Source: Alphaproteobacteria bacterium (GTDB lineage Bacteria > Pseudomonadota > Alphaproteobacteria > VGEJ01). Taken from it: a stretch of DNA of 64,000 nucleotides. The first letter of the stretch is position 1, and each line of letters begins with the position of its first letter. This document shows, in pieces, positions 9,841 through 20,844 of this stretch. The stretch lies in the NCBI GenBank assembly GCA_965226045.1, contig CBDDBU010000020.1:17039-81038 (forward strand), read 5' to 3'. Below the pieces are notes generated by a model. The model was not told the DNA's origin. It made no database searches and saw only the letters and a list, made by a program, of their open reading frames with translations. Position numbers and translations under genes: made by a program.

Positions 9841-11274
9841 ATGACGGCCGATCTCATCAAGACCGACATTTGCGTGATCGGCGCCGGCTCGGGCGGTCTC
9901 ATGGTGGCCGCCGGGGCGAGCCAGCTGGGCGCCGATACCGTTCTTGTCGAACGTGGCCGCATGGGCGGCGATTGCCTGAACTACGGCTGCATACCCTCTA
10001 AGTCGCTGCTCGCCGCGGCTCACGTCGCCGCGACGGCGCGTCGGGGGGCGTCGCTTGGCATCGAGGGCACAGCGCCTGAAATCGACTTCGCCCAGGTCCA
10101 CCGCCACGTTCACGATGTGATCGCCGAGATCGCTCCCAACGATTCGGTCGAGCGATTCACAGGCCTTGGCATCAGGGTCATCGCCGCCAGTGCGCACTTC
10201 AGCGGGCCGGCCGAGGTCGTGGCTGGCGAAACGCGAATACGCGCCCGACGCTTCGTGATCGCCACCGGCTCCTCACCACGCGTGCCGCCGATCCCCGGTC
10301 TCGATTCAGTGCCATTTCTGACCAACGAGACGGTGTTCGACCTTGAAACGCGACCCGACCATCTCATCATCATCGGGGGCGGACCGATCGGCGTGGAAAT
10401 GGCCCAGGCCCATCGCCGCCTCGGCGCGCGCGTCACGCTGATCGAAATGGCGCAGCTCTTGGGCGGCGACGATGCTGAGTTGGTCGGGTTCGTACAGCGG
10501 CGTCTGCTTCGAGAGGGTATCGAGATACGGGAGGGCCACCGGGTGATCGCCATCGCCGCGAGTCCCACGGCCCCCGGCACCCGCGTCAGCGTCGAAGGCC
10601 CCACCGGATCGGCCACGATCGAGGGCACCCATCTACTAATCGCGGCCGGCCGCACACCGAACCTCTCCGGCCTCGACCTGACCGGGGCGGGCATTGCCCA
10701 TGCCGCTGGCGGGATTACGGTCGACCAGGGATTGCGGACGACGAATCGACGGGTTTTCGCGATCGGCGATTGCATTGGTGGCCGCCAGTTCACCCATGTC
10801 GCGGCCTATCACGCCGGGATCGTCTTGCGCCGGGCTCTGTTTCGCCTGCCGGCGACCGCCCACGGACAAGCCATTCCCACCGTCACCTATGGTGATCCGG
10901 AGCTCGCTCAGGTTGGTGACGACGAGACGGCGGCGCGCGAGCGTGGCGGGCCGATCCGCGTGCTGCGCTGGCCGTTCGCCGAAAACGATCGCGCCCAAAC
11001 GGAGCGGCGGAGCGAGGGGCTGATCAAGGTCATCACCACCCGGCGCGGCCGCATTCTGGGCGCTGGTATCGTCGGCGCCCATGCCGGCGAGCTGATCCAG
11101 CCCTGGGTGCTGGCGCTGGATCAGAAGCTTGGTATCGGTGCGATGGCACGCACTATCGTGCCGTACCCCACCCGTGGCGAAGTGGGTAAGCGGGCAGCCA
11201 GCAACTACTATGCGCCGAAGTTATTCAGTGCGCGGACGAAGCGTCTGGTGCGCTTTATCAGCAGGTTTGGCTGA
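9841..11274 (+). CDS. dihydrolipoamide dehydrogenase-family flavoprotein disulfide reductase
   Basis: GAGSGG, GGDCLNYGCIPSK, GGGPIGVE. No C-terminal Cys pair, so not MerA. Confidence 0.88.
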   Translation: MTADLIKTDICVIGAGSGGLMVAAGASQLGADTVLVERGRMGGDCLNYGCIPSKSLLAAAHVAATARRGASLGIEGTAPEIDFAQVHRHVHDVIAEIAPNDSVERFTGLGIRVIAASAHFSGPAEVVAGETRIRARRFVIATGSSPRVPPIPGLDSVPFLTNETVFDLETRPDHLIIIGGGPIGVEMAQAHRRLGARVTLIEMAQLLGGDDAELVGFVQRRLLREGIEIREGHRVIAIAASPTAPGTRVSVEGPTGSATIEGTHLLIAAGRTPNLSGLDLTGAGIAHAAGGITVDQGLRTTNRRVFAIGDCIGGRQFTHVAAYHAGIVLRRALFRLPATAHGQAIPTVTYGDPELAQVGDDETAARERGGPIRVLRWPFAENDRAQTERRSEGLIKVITTRRGRILGAGIVGAHAGELIQPWVLALDQKLGIGAMARTIVPYPTRGEVGKRAASNYYAPKLFSARTKRLVRFISRFG

Positions 11275-11294
11275 ACCGGCGCGGCCCCAACCGG

Positions 11295-12707
11295 ATGCGC
11301 CTCCCCACGATTATGACGAGCCTGTCGGTACGGTTGCTGGTACTGACCATCATCTTCGTGATGGTCGCCGAGGTGATGATCTTCGTGCCCTCGATCGCCC
11401 GTTTTAGACTGAGCTACCTGGAAGAACGGATTGCCGCTGCGCATCTGGCGACGCTGGCCCTCGAGGCCGCCCCCGATCACATGATCAGCCCCGAGCTCGA
11501 ACAACAGCTGTTGCGCCAGGCCGAGGCCATCGCCGTCGTCCTGAAGCGGGCGGAGGCGCTCATGCTGGTTCTCGGCGACGCCATGCCGCCCCGAGTTGAT
11601 GGCGTCTACGACCTCGGCATGACCTCGCCGGTGTAGCGCAATCCGTTGGTCCTGATGCGCGATGCCTTCGAAACCCTACTGTCGTCTTCGGGCCGCGTCA
11701 TTCGAGTCATCGGTCCGACCGCTTTCGAGCCTGGAACGCTGGTCGACATCGTCATGAAAGAGGAACCGATGTGGTCCGCCATGCGTGCCTATGCGGCGCG
11801 CATCCTCGGCCTCTCCATCTTCATCTCGGTGATCTCGGCGGGCCTGGTCTACCTGAGCCTGCTCTAACTGATGGTGCGCCCGATGGGCCGCATCACCCAG
11901 AGCATGGTCGCGTTTCGCGAGGCGCCCGAGGAGCCGCTGCCACGGCCGGTCCCCTATCGCCGCCGCGACGAGATCGGCGCCGCCTCGCGGGAACTCGCGT
12001 CGATGCAAGAGGATCTTCGCAGCGCGTTGCGACAGAAGACTCGGTTGACCGCGCTCGGCACCGCCGTCAGCAAGATCAATCACGACCTGCGCAACATTCT
12101 CGCGACCGCGCAGCTGATGTCGGACCGCCTGGCCGCCAGCGACGATCCCGAGATCCGCTGCATTACCCCGATCATCTTTAGGGCAATCGATCGCGCCGTT
12201 GACCTGTGCACACAAACGCTGCGGTTCGACAAGTTCGAGGAGCCGACCCCGGTGCTCGACGACGCCTCGCTGGTGGACATCGCCGACGATGTCGCCGCCT
12301 CCCTCGGGCTGACCGCCGACGGGCCGATCGCGTGGCGCAACAACATCGACCCTGGCCTGATCATCCAGGCCGATCGTGACCAATTTTACCGCCTGCTTCT
12401 CAACCTCGTGCGCAACGCGGCGGAGGCCATCGGTGACCGCGGTCCCGAGGCGAGCGGCAGCATCCGAATCAACGCCGAGCGGCGGGAGGGCGCGGTCGTC
12501 GTAGACGTGTCGGACAGCGGGCCCGGAATGCCACAGGCCGCGCGCGATCATCTTTTCGAGGCCTTCGCGGGCGGCGCCCGATCCGGCGGCGCGGGCCTAG
12601 GACTGTCGATCACCCGCGATCTGATGCGCGCCCACGGCTGCCAGATATCCCTGGTCAAGAGCGACGCCGAAGGCACGATCTTCCGCCTCGAACTCCCCGT
12701 CCCCTAG
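11295..12707 (+). pseudogene. HAMP-domain sensor histidine kinase with two in-frame stops
   Basis: Three same-frame ORFs separated by TAG (11634-11636) and TAA (11865-11867). H-box KINHDLRN, N-box NLVRNA, G-boxes DSGPG and GAGLGL. Confidence 0.9.
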
Positions 12708-12759
12708 GGCACCACCGCGACCGCTCGACATCACCACCAAATCGTAAGAGAGTCTTCCT

Positions 12760-13059
12760 ATGCCATTGTTCGGGCGTCGTATTTTCGTCCTCGGACTTGC
12801 GGTAGCGCTGACGGGGTGTGGCGCCGCCACCGTACGGCTGGTGGAGGATGCCGCGGAAGCGATGACCGACGAGGATTGCTCGGTTTCGCCCGCCCTGTGC
12901 GGCGATGGTGCGCTTTGCGAGGCGCGCGAGATCCCGCCGGAGCCCGATCCGGTCTACTGCTTTCAGACGATCGGACAGGTGGACTGTTATGCCATGCCCG
13001 AATCGATGGGTGAAACCAACCAGCGCGCCCCCCGCCCCTCCCAGCCGATCGGCAGCTGA
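12760..13059 (+). CDS. small Cys-rich putative lipoprotein
   Basis: Lipobox LTGC; VYCFQTIGQVDCY. Confidence 0.65.
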   Translation: MPLFGRRIFVLGLAVALTGCGAATVRLVEDAAEAMTDEDCSVSPALCGDGALCEAREIPPEPDPVYCFQTIGQVDCYAMPESMGETNQRAPRPSQPIGS

Positions 13060-13178
13060 CGGAGCTGGCTGACCTCCTTCGCCCCACCGGATTATTGGCG
13101 AATTTGGATTGTGTTTGTCACGTCGAGGTGGGACGATCTCGCAGTAGCCTGGACCGTAACCGACAGTTGGCGGGAGTG

Positions 13179-13772
13179 ATGTTGTTGACGCCAAAACTCT
13201 GGGGAAGGCTGCTCGTGGTTGGCGTGCTGGGCGCCGTGGTGCACATGCCCAGCGCTGGCCATGCTGGCAGCGTCAGTGCCACCAGGCCCATGGCGAGCGC
13301 CGATACCGCGCTCGATCCCGGCCTCAAGGTCAGGTACTACTCGCGCAGCTTGAGCCGACTCCGCGAATTGCGCGACTGGATAGGTTACAAAAAGGGCAAG
13401 GAGGGTCCGCCGCTCCCTAGTCTCGACTATCCCGAAACCAAGGGGGCCGTGTTGACGGCGACCCAGACCGATCAGGTCGGCGCTAATATCGAGGGTGCGA
13501 TCCGCTTTTCTGAGGCGGGGACATACCGCTTCAAGGTGCTCTCGAACGACGGTGTTCAGGTCGACATCGCGGGCAAGAAGTTGCTCAAGGACGACCGGCC
13601 CCACAAAGCGCGGTTCAGCGAGGAAGGGACGGTCAAGGTGGAGGTGCCGGGCTGGTATCCCATCCACGTTCTTTATTTCGAGAAGAACGGAAATGCGGCG
13701 TTGCAGCTCCATTGGGTCACGCCTTCGGGTAGCGGCTACACCGTCGTCCCGGCCGAGGCATTCGGCCACTGA
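13179..13772 (+). CDS. secreted PA14-domain protein
   Basis: Signal peptide; GTYRFKVLSNDG and GWYPIHVLYFEKNGNAALQLHW. Start uncertain. Confidence 0.8.
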   Translation: MLLTPKLWGRLLVVGVLGAVVHMPSAGHAGSVSATRPMASADTALDPGLKVRYYSRSLSRLRELRDWIGYKKGKEGPPLPSLDYPETKGAVLTATQTDQVGANIEGAIRFSEAGTYRFKVLSNDGVQVDIAGKKLLKDDRPHKARFSEEGTVKVEVPGWYPIHVLYFEKNGNAALQLHWVTPSGSGYTVVPAEAFGH

Positions 13773-13865
13773 CGCACCGGTCGTGGCATGAGTGGCGCGC
13801 CGAGGGCGTTCGCCGCAATGAGCGCCATGCGGCCGGCGCGGCCCTAAACGAGACCCCGACCTTGA

Positions 13866-15665
13866 CTAGTCCCCGATCGCGACGCCCTCTCGGCGCCGAT
13901 CCGCGCCGCCGGCCAGGCCAGCATCGTCGATGGTGATACCGTGGAGGCCGCTGTTGAGCGGTCGGATCACGACCTCGTGGCCGCGCGCGCGCAAGCCCGG
14001 AGCGAGCGCCTCGATGGCGGTGTCCTGCTCGAGAAAAACGGGACCGTTGAGGTTGACGTGGTGGGGTAGGTCGATCGCGGCCTGGATGTCGTAGCGCCAA
14101 TCGAGCACGGCCACGATCGTTTTGGCGACGTAGCCGATGATGGCGCTGCCGCCCGGCGAGCCCACCGCCATCACCAGGCGGCCGTGCCGATCGAAAACCA
14201 GGGTTGGCGCCATCGAGCTGCGCGGACGCTTGCCGGGCGCGACGCTGTTGGCGACTTCCAGCCCGTCTTGTCGCGGTACGAACGAGAAATCGGTGAGCTG
14301 GTTGTTGAGTAGGAATCCGCGGACCATGAGCCGCGATCCAAACGCATTCTCGATGCTCAATGTCATCGCCACCGCGTCGCCCGCGCCATCGACGACGCTC
14401 AGGTGCGAGGTCGAGGCCCGCTCGGGCCGCGGGGCCTGCGGCGCGAAGGCGCCGTGAGGTGTGCCGGGCGCGCCGGCCGTGGCCGCGCCCATGGAGCGAT
14501 CAAGACGGATCGCGTTCGCGCGTCGGCGGAGGTAGTCGCGGTTGAGAAGTCCCGCCACCGGGATGTCGATGAAATCCGGATCGGCGAGATAGCGCCCGCG
14601 ATCAGCGTAAGCGAGCCGACTCGCCTCGGCCATCAAGTGTACCGCATCCACGGAGCCTGCCGGGTGGCTCGCGACGTTGAAATAGTCGAGAATTCCGAGA
14701 ATTTGGAGGGTCGTCACACCCCCCGATGTCGGCGGCGGCATGCCGCACACGCGCCATGCCCGGTACGGACCACAGAGGGGCTCGCGCCGTACCGCCCGGT
14801 AGGTGGCGAGGTCGCGTTCGGTCAAGCGCCCTGGACCCAGCATCGCGCCACGCACCGCGACGACGATATCGCGCGCGATGGGCCCGGCATAGAACGCATC
14901 GGCGCCGCCCTCGGCGATCACCCGCAACGTCCGCGCGAGTACCGGGCTGCGCCGGTGAAAGCCAACCGGTCGCGGCGCGCCGTCTTGGTCATAGAAATAG
15001 ACCCGCGCCGCCGCGAACGTCCGCAAGTAGGGATCACGGGCGATGAGGGCGTTGAGCCGAGGGGAGATCGCGAACCCCTCCTCCGCCAATTTGATGGCCG
15101 GCGCGAACAAATCGCCCCAGGGCAGGCGTCCATGATCCCGGTGCGCCAGTTCGAGCATCCGCAGGAGACCGGGCACGCCGACCGCGAGTCCGCCGACCAC
15201 CGCCTCGAAGAACGGCATCGGCGCCCCGCCCGCAGCGAGGAACATATCGGGGGTCGCGGCGGCCGGCGCCGTCTCGCGCCCATCGTAGGCGCTCGTCGTC
15301 CCGCTCGATCGGTCATGGAAGAGCAGGAAGGCGCCGCCGCCGATGCCCGAGGATTGTGGCTCGACCACGTTCAGGACCATTTGCATCGCGATGGCGGCGT
15401 CGATCGCACCGCCGCCACGCCGCAACATGGCGAGCCCCGCCGCAGCGGCGTGTGGATTGGCGGCGGCGACCATTTGAGATTCGGCCCGTACGGCCGCGCG
15501 CCCGGCGACCTCGTCACCGGGTGTCGCCGCCTCTGGCGCTGACCGCTGATCGGCGTCTGCCGCGAGCCCACCCGTCGCGGTGGCGCACATCAGCAACGCG
15601 GCCGCGCCGAACGTCAGCCAGCGGTGTCGAAGCGAGGACGACCTCGTGTCGGTGAAGTCCCTCAT
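13866..15665 (-). CDS. ggt: gamma-glutamyltransferase
   Basis: EPQSSGIGGG, DGRETAP, TSHLSVVD nucleophile, LNNQLTDF, PGKRPRSSMAP. Confidence 0.95.
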   Translation of the reverse strand: MRDFTDTRSSSLRHRWLTFGAAALLMCATATGGLAADADQRSAPEAATPGDEVAGRAAVRAESQMVAAANPHAAAAGLAMLRRGGGAIDAAIAMQMVLNVVEPQSSGIGGGAFLLFHDRSSGTTSAYDGRETAPAAATPDMFLAAGGAPMPFFEAVVGGLAVGVPGLLRMLELAHRDHGRLPWGDLFAPAIKLAEEGFAISPRLNALIARDPYLRTFAAARVYFYDQDGAPRPVGFHRRSPVLARTLRVIAEGGADAFYAGPIARDIVVAVRGAMLGPGRLTERDLATYRAVRREPLCGPYRAWRVCGMPPPTSGGVTTLQILGILDYFNVASHPAGSVDAVHLMAEASRLAYADRGRYLADPDFIDIPVAGLLNRDYLRRRANAIRLDRSMGAATAGAPGTPHGAFAPQAPRPERASTSHLSVVDGAGDAVAMTLSIENAFGSRLMVRGFLLNNQLTDFSFVPRQDGLEVANSVAPGKRPRSSMAPTLVFDRHGRLVMAVGSPGGSAIIGYVAKTIVAVLDWRYDIQAAIDLPHHVNLNGPVFLEQDTAIEALAPGLRARGHEVVIRPLNSGLHGITIDDAGLAGGADRRREGVAIGD

Positions 15666-15743
15666 GGTCACGGCCCGAATTTGCAGCGGCGCTCTATTTT
15701 CGCCTATGACAGGCCCACTCGGCAACTAGCGAGGGAGAGCGCC

Positions 15744-16208
15744 GTGCTCGCGGCAGCGATTGTAAGCATCATTCTGGTGGCTCTGACCGTGGTGATTTAT
15801 TACGAAATATTGCGTCTGACGTCCGATGCGTTGCCTCGCCTTGCGATCCCGCCGCGCCTTCGCATCGTCATCGTGATCGGCACGACGTTCGTCGCCCACA
15901 TGATCGAAGTGTGGATCTATGGCCTCACCTACGCAGTGACGGCGGGGCGTTGGGGATTGGGCACGCTCGGTGGCGACTTCGCGGGCAGTTTCGCGGAGTA
16001 CATCTACTTCTCCACTCACACCTACACCTCACTTGGCCTCGGCGACGTTTGGCCGCTCGGCCCGATGCGGCTGATTGCCGGTGTCGAGGCACTCAACGGC
16101 CGCATTCTGATCGGCTGGGCGGCCTCGTTCACCTTTCTCGCCATGCAACGCTTTTGGGGCCTGCAGGGCGCCGCGCGCGACAGCATCCTAAGCCGACCAC
16201 CAGGATGA
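15744..16208 (+). CDS. potassium channel family (Ion_trans_2) membrane protein
   Basis: Pore loop YFSTHTYTSLGLGD flanked by transmembrane helices. Confidence 0.8.
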   Translation: MLAAAIVSIILVALTVVIYYEILRLTSDALPRLAIPPRLRIVIVIGTTFVAHMIEVWIYGLTYAVTAGRWGLGTLGGDFAGSFAEYIYFSTHTYTSLGLGDVWPLGPMRLIAGVEALNGRILIGWAASFTFLAMQRFWGLQGAARDSILSRPPG

Positions 16209-17218
16209 TTGAACGCGGCCCCACCAATCTCATCACCGATGTCGCGGGCATCCTGGTCGGGAACGCCGAGGACGAGAGAATTCGGACCGGCAGCACCGTG
16301 GTGCTGTGCCGCGAGCCCGCGCTGGCGGCGGTCGATGTCCGGGGCGCGGCGCCCGGGACCCGAGAGACCGACCTACTCGACCCGACGTGCCTGGTCGAGC
16401 GAATCGATGCCATCGTATTGAGTGGTGGTTCCGCCTTTGGACTCGAGGCGCCAGCCGGGGTTATGAACTGGCTCGCCGAGCAGGGGCGCGGCTTCGCCGT
16501 GGGCTCGGCGCGGATTCCTATCGTGCCGGGCGCCATCCTGTTCGACTTGTTGAATGGCGGCGACAAGGCGTGGGGCGCCGAGCCGCCATACCGCGAGCTC
16601 GGCCGCCGCGCCGCCGAAAGCGCCGGTGCGGACTTCGCGCTTGGCAACGCAGGCGCGGGTTACGGCGCGCGTGCCGGCCCCCTCAAGGGCGGTCTGGGCA
16701 GTGTGTCGGCGGTGGACAGTCCGTTACAGGTCGGGGCGCTGATGGCGGTCAACGCTTGCGGCGGCGTCACCATCCCCGGCACCTCCACCCTATGGGCCTG
16801 GCCCTTCGAGCGCGGCAATGAACTCGGCGGGCAACCGCCTCCTCAGCTCGCGAGTGAACTCGATCTCGACTATGGTTTCGATGCCGCGCTCGGCGCGCAG
16901 ACCACCATCGGCGTCGTCGCGACCAACGCGCGCCTCGACAAGGCGCAGGCCAAGCGAGTCGCCATGATGGCTCACGATGGCCTCGCCCGCGCGATCTGGC
17001 CGGCCCACACGCCGTTCGATGGCGACACGTTGTTCGTCATCGCGACCGGTCAGGCCACGGCGTCCCCAACGACCGCGGCGGCGCTCGGTCGGCTGGGAAC
17101 GATCGCCGCCGATTGCGTAGCCCGCGCGATCGGCCGGGCGGTGGTCGAGGCCGAGACCCTGGGCGACATGCCGAGCTACCGTGAGCTACACGGCGGTAAC
17201 CTCGGCCGCGCCGGTTGA
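16205..17218 (+). CDS. P1-family (DmpA/S58) peptidase
   Basis: GAAPGTRET, LSGGSAFGL, TTIGVVATN, HTPFDGD. Confidence 0.9.
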   Translation: MIERGPTNLITDVAGILVGNAEDERIRTGSTVVLCREPALAAVDVRGAAPGTRETDLLDPTCLVERIDAIVLSGGSAFGLEAPAGVMNWLAEQGRGFAVGSARIPIVPGAILFDLLNGGDKAWGAEPPYRELGRRAAESAGADFALGNAGAGYGARAGPLKGGLGSVSAVDSPLQVGALMAVNACGGVTIPGTSTLWAWPFERGNELGGQPPPQLASELDLDYGFDAALGAQTTIGVVATNARLDKAQAKRVAMMAHDGLARAIWPAHTPFDGDTLFVIATGQATASPTTAAALGRLGTIAADCVARAIGRAVVEAETLGDMPSYRELHGGNLGRAG

Positions 17219-17233
17219 GGTTCGCCCTCCGGT

Positions 17234-19100
17234 TCAGGCCGGCATGCCGGCCAGGCGCAACCCCTCAAGGTAGTGTGCGCAGTCCTCGTCACGTTTGAAG
17301 TGCAAAAGCTCCCTGTGGCCACTGATCGTGAAGTCCGGATAGCGATGCATGTACTGCTCGACGTAGGGCTTGGCCTCGTCGGTGCGTCCGAGATGGCCGA
17401 GTGAGGCGATCGCCCAGCGGTAGGCCCTCATCGGCGGGCTATCGAGCGTCTTCATGGCAGCCACGGCGGCGGCATAGTCGTGCGCGGCGAAATAGGCCGT
17501 GACGAACTGGCTGTGATGCCACGATGGCGGCACGGGGTTGATCGACAACGCCTTGTTCAGGAGCTCCAGGGCGCGTGAGCGAGCGCCTCGGCGTGGCTGG
17601 CTTGGCAATCCTCGGACCACTGTTCGCCATACTCCATCAGATACGTCCACGCGAGCCCGGCATGAACGCGCGCATAGTGAGGATCGAGGTCGGCTGCCTG
17701 TTGGCACAGCTCACGGGCCTTGACGTTGGTCTCGGGCGTGAAGCACAGCCAGAGTTCGCGCGCCTGCAACACCAGGTCATAGGCCTGCGGGTTGTCCGTC
17801 TCCTTGTGTCCACGCGCACGCCGACGCTCGCTCTCCTCACGCTTGATGGCGACCTGCCCGACGATCCGCTGGGTCAGTTCGTCCTGTACCGCGAAGATGT
17901 CATCGAGGTCACGGTCGAAACGCTCGGCCCAGAGGTGGTGGCCGCCGGTGGCTTCGATGAGCTGAGCGCTGACCCGAATGCGCTTGCCCACCTGGCGCAT
18001 GCTGCCCTCGAGCACATAGTGGACATTCAGATCCTGACTCACCTGCTGGACCTTGGCCGGCTTGCCCTTGTAGGTGAAGCCCGAGTTGCGAGCGCTGACC
18101 AGAAACTCCTGAAAACGCTAGAGCTCGGCAATCACGCCCTCGGTCAGGCCATCGGCGAACGTCTCGTCGTCGCTGCCGCCGCCCAAATTCTCGAACGTCA
18201 GCGAGGCTAAGGCGGTGATCGAGGCGCGGGCGCGCGAACGCCTTGAGCGGGAACGGGCCGAGTACGAGGCGAAGCTCGAGGCGCGCGCGGAGAAGGCCGA
18301 GAAGACGGGCCGCAAGCCGGGCGGCCGTCCACCCGAGCCGCCGGTGGCCGGGCCCGGGCCGAAGGACCAGGTCAATCTGACCGACGCGGACTCGGCATCA
18401 CCGCGATGATCACGCCCGGCCGGGAACGCCATCATCTCTCCTGGAAGGACCGCTTCGCCGGCGCGCCGCCGCCCCCGGAGAACCCGACGCCGCTGGAAGT
18501 GACACACGAGGGCTTGCTCGGCAGCGCCGCAGCGGCCATCGCGCCGGCCAGCGACGGCGCGTTGTCTGGCGCCTCATCGCCAAGCCGCACGCGATAGACG
18601 TGAACCGGCTCGGCGATGTTCTTGACCTCCCGCGCGCCGAGGTCCTCGAACGCGAGATCGATCTTGTTCCTAACCTGCTCATAGACCGAGCCGGAGATAC
18701 AGCAGCCGCCCGGATCGGCGAGCGCCTGCACCCGGGCCGCGAGGTTCACACCATCGCCGTACAGGTTTTCGCCTTCGACCAGCACATCGCCGAGATTGAC
18801 GCCGATGCGAAAGCGCATCCGCCGCTCCTCGGCGACGTCCTGGTTGCGCTCGGCGATTGCCTTTTTTAACGTCGCGAGCACATTCCACCACCTCGACGAC
18901 GCTGGGGAACTCAGCCACCACGCTGTCGCCGGCGACGCCGAAGACGCGGCCCCGCGCCGCCACGACGAACCGGTCGAAGAGCGCCCGGGAGTCTTGCAGG
19001 GCGCGCAACGTTTCTTTCTCGTCATCGCCCATGAGCCGGCTATAGGCGGCCACATCGGCGCAGAGAATCGCGGCGCGTTTGCGTTGGGCTACATGCTGAT
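17234..19100 (-). pseudogene. class III adenylate/guanylate cyclase-TolB-like-TPR protein, multiply disrupted
   Basis: AILCADVAAYSRLM, RIGVNLGDV, GDGVNLAARVQ, HLWAERFDRDLDDIFAVQDE and TPRs are spread over several frames. IS1182 fragments are inserted at ~18203-18502. Confidence 0.88.
18203..18502 (+). mobile_element. two fused internal fragments of an IS1182-family transposase, without IS ends
   Basis: EAKAVIEARARER...KDQVNLTDADS is joined to MITPGRERHH...PPPPENPTPLEV. Confidence 0.7.
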
Positions 19101-19233
19101 CCAAGGAACAACCTCGCTCGACGGCGGAGGCAATAGGTCGCCCCTGTAAGTTGGGCACACTGCCCGCCTCGCGCAAGCCGGTGTTGTCGTCAAATTCTCG
19201 CTAGTGCGCGCCCGACAGCGCGGGGGCCTGAAG

Positions 19234-20448
19234 CTAGCGGACGTAGAGGTGCACCTCTGGCGTCACCGCGTCGCCGCTGGTCGCCGCCGACAAGGAGACG
19301 CGGCTGGCCGGCAGCCCCATCTGGGTTAGCGCTCGTAACACGTTGCCCGCGTACTTCTTGGCCTTGGAGCCCCCGAGCGCGGCATCGGCGGCGCTTCCCC
19401 GGGCTGGCGCGACGGCGACCAGGTCAAAGAGCGCATCGGGCCGCCGTTCGATCGCCCGCGACACGGCGGTATACAGCGCCTGCTCGTAGGGCGGATCGGG
19501 TCGATCGAAGCGGATAACCACCAGCGGTCTACGATTGGCCACGGCGAAACTTCCGCCCGACCCCGCATCAGGGGCGCGGCTCGAAATCGGCGCGGCTGTC
19601 GTGAAGGCGCGGTTGGCGAGGCTCGGACCGAGGATCTCGCCGTTCTGAATCGCCAGCGACAGCGCGGTCAGCGTCGACCGCTCGCTCCCCACGTACGTGG
19701 TCTGGCGGCTGACATCCTCGCTCAGCTCGTTGAGCAGGCGGTCGATTTGGACGACCGTGCGATTGGTCTCGTCCTCGAGAATGGCAAGCTGGCGGTGATC
19801 CTCGTCGATCGCGCCCGCCAGTCCATACGCCGCCCGCGCGCTCTCAAGCAGAAACGCGGCCATCGCTGAATCGCTCGCGACCTTATTGGCGAGGGAGTTC
19901 ATCGCCGTAATGTCCAGGCCGATACGGTCGAGCTCCACCTGCGCCGCGTTCCACTGCTGCACGAGCACGGGATTACCCGGGGTGGTCCCCATCTGCAGCC
20001 GCGTGGTGATCGCCGCCACCGTGCCGTGGTAGCGCTGGGAGTTCTGCGCGGCGATGTTGCGGATCTGTTGTAGTTCGCCGTTGCGCGTCACGATCTGCCC
20101 TTGCATCGCGCCGAGCTCGCCGCGCAACTGCTGGACCTTGCCGCCGACAAATGTGCCGGTCGACACCGCCTGGGTCACCCGCGTCGGCTCAAAGGTAGTG
20201 GTGCCGAGCGCCGGCGGCTTGGCCATCGCCATGGCGTCGTCGGAGAATTCGACGTCGGCCGGCGCGATCCTAATCGATTCCGTCGCACCGGACGGCTCGC
20301 CCCCGGTTAACGACGGCCACAGAGAGTCCGAGGCGAACGAGCAGCCCGAAACCATAATCACACCCGCGAGCGCGGCCAACCTGCCGCTCGCCCGCACGCT
20401 CTCGACCCGTCGTCGCGCCGAAGACGGCATCGGCACCCTGTTGCCCAT
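19234..20448 (-). CDS. hypothetical lipoprotein with coiled-coil region
   Basis: Long ORF with typical codon usage; lipobox-like VSGC; RPLVVIRFDR C-terminal domain. Start uncertain. Confidence 0.7.
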   Translation of the reverse strand: MGNRVPMPSSARRRVESVRASGRLAALAGVIMVSGCSFASDSLWPSLTGGEPSGATESIRIAPADVEFSDDAMAMAKPPALGTTTFEPTRVTQAVSTGTFVGGKVQQLRGELGAMQGQIVTRNGELQQIRNIAAQNSQRYHGTVAAITTRLQMGTTPGNPVLVQQWNAAQVELDRIGLDITAMNSLANKVASDSAMAAFLLESARAAYGLAGAIDEDHRQLAILEDETNRTVVQIDRLLNELSEDVSRQTTYVGSERSTLTALSLAIQNGEILGPSLANRAFTTAAPISSRAPDAGSGGSFAVANRRPLVVIRFDRPDPPYEQALYTAVSRAIERRPDALFDLVAVAPARGSAADAALGGSKAKKYAGNVLRALTQMGLPASRVSLSAATSGDAVTPEVHLYVR

Positions 20449-20712
20449 TAGCACTCTATCGTTGTGTCACGATTCCGACGCACTGGCCCCCCCCAACGCG
20501 CGCCAAATTTTGGCAGAGCTTTGGCAGAGTCTATGACGACTTAGGCGTGTTTCGTGAGATCGGCCGCAATCTTAGCGAATGGGCCCCAGGGGAACAAGCG
20601 TTTCCCCGCACGCCCCGCCTGGGTTTAGTTGGGCACAGCCAAGGACTCGATGCAGGCGTCCAGACCTTGCGCCGTCCCCGCGATCCGACTACGGTCCCGA
20701 CCCCGCCCGTGG

Positions 20713-20789
20713 GCGCCCGTAGCTCAGCTGGATAGAGCACCAGACTACGAATCTGGGGGTCGGGAGTTCGAATCTCTCCGGGCGCGCCA
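20713..20789 (+). tRNA. tRNA-Arg (anticodon ACG)
   Basis: 77-nt cloverleaf GCGCCCGTAGCTCAGCTGGATAGAGC..., anticodon arm CCAGA-CTACGAA-TCTGG, T-loop GTTCGAATC, encoded CCA. Confidence 0.97.
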
Positions 20790-20844
20790 CTTTTCAGCGG
20801 CCGTGCCGGCGGCAATGTGTAATTCCTGTGTAACCGTGTCAGGA

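Noticed and set aside
9841-11274. Mercuric reductase merA
   Set aside because: Lacks the C-terminal Cys pair and the N-terminal metal-binding domain; no mer operon.
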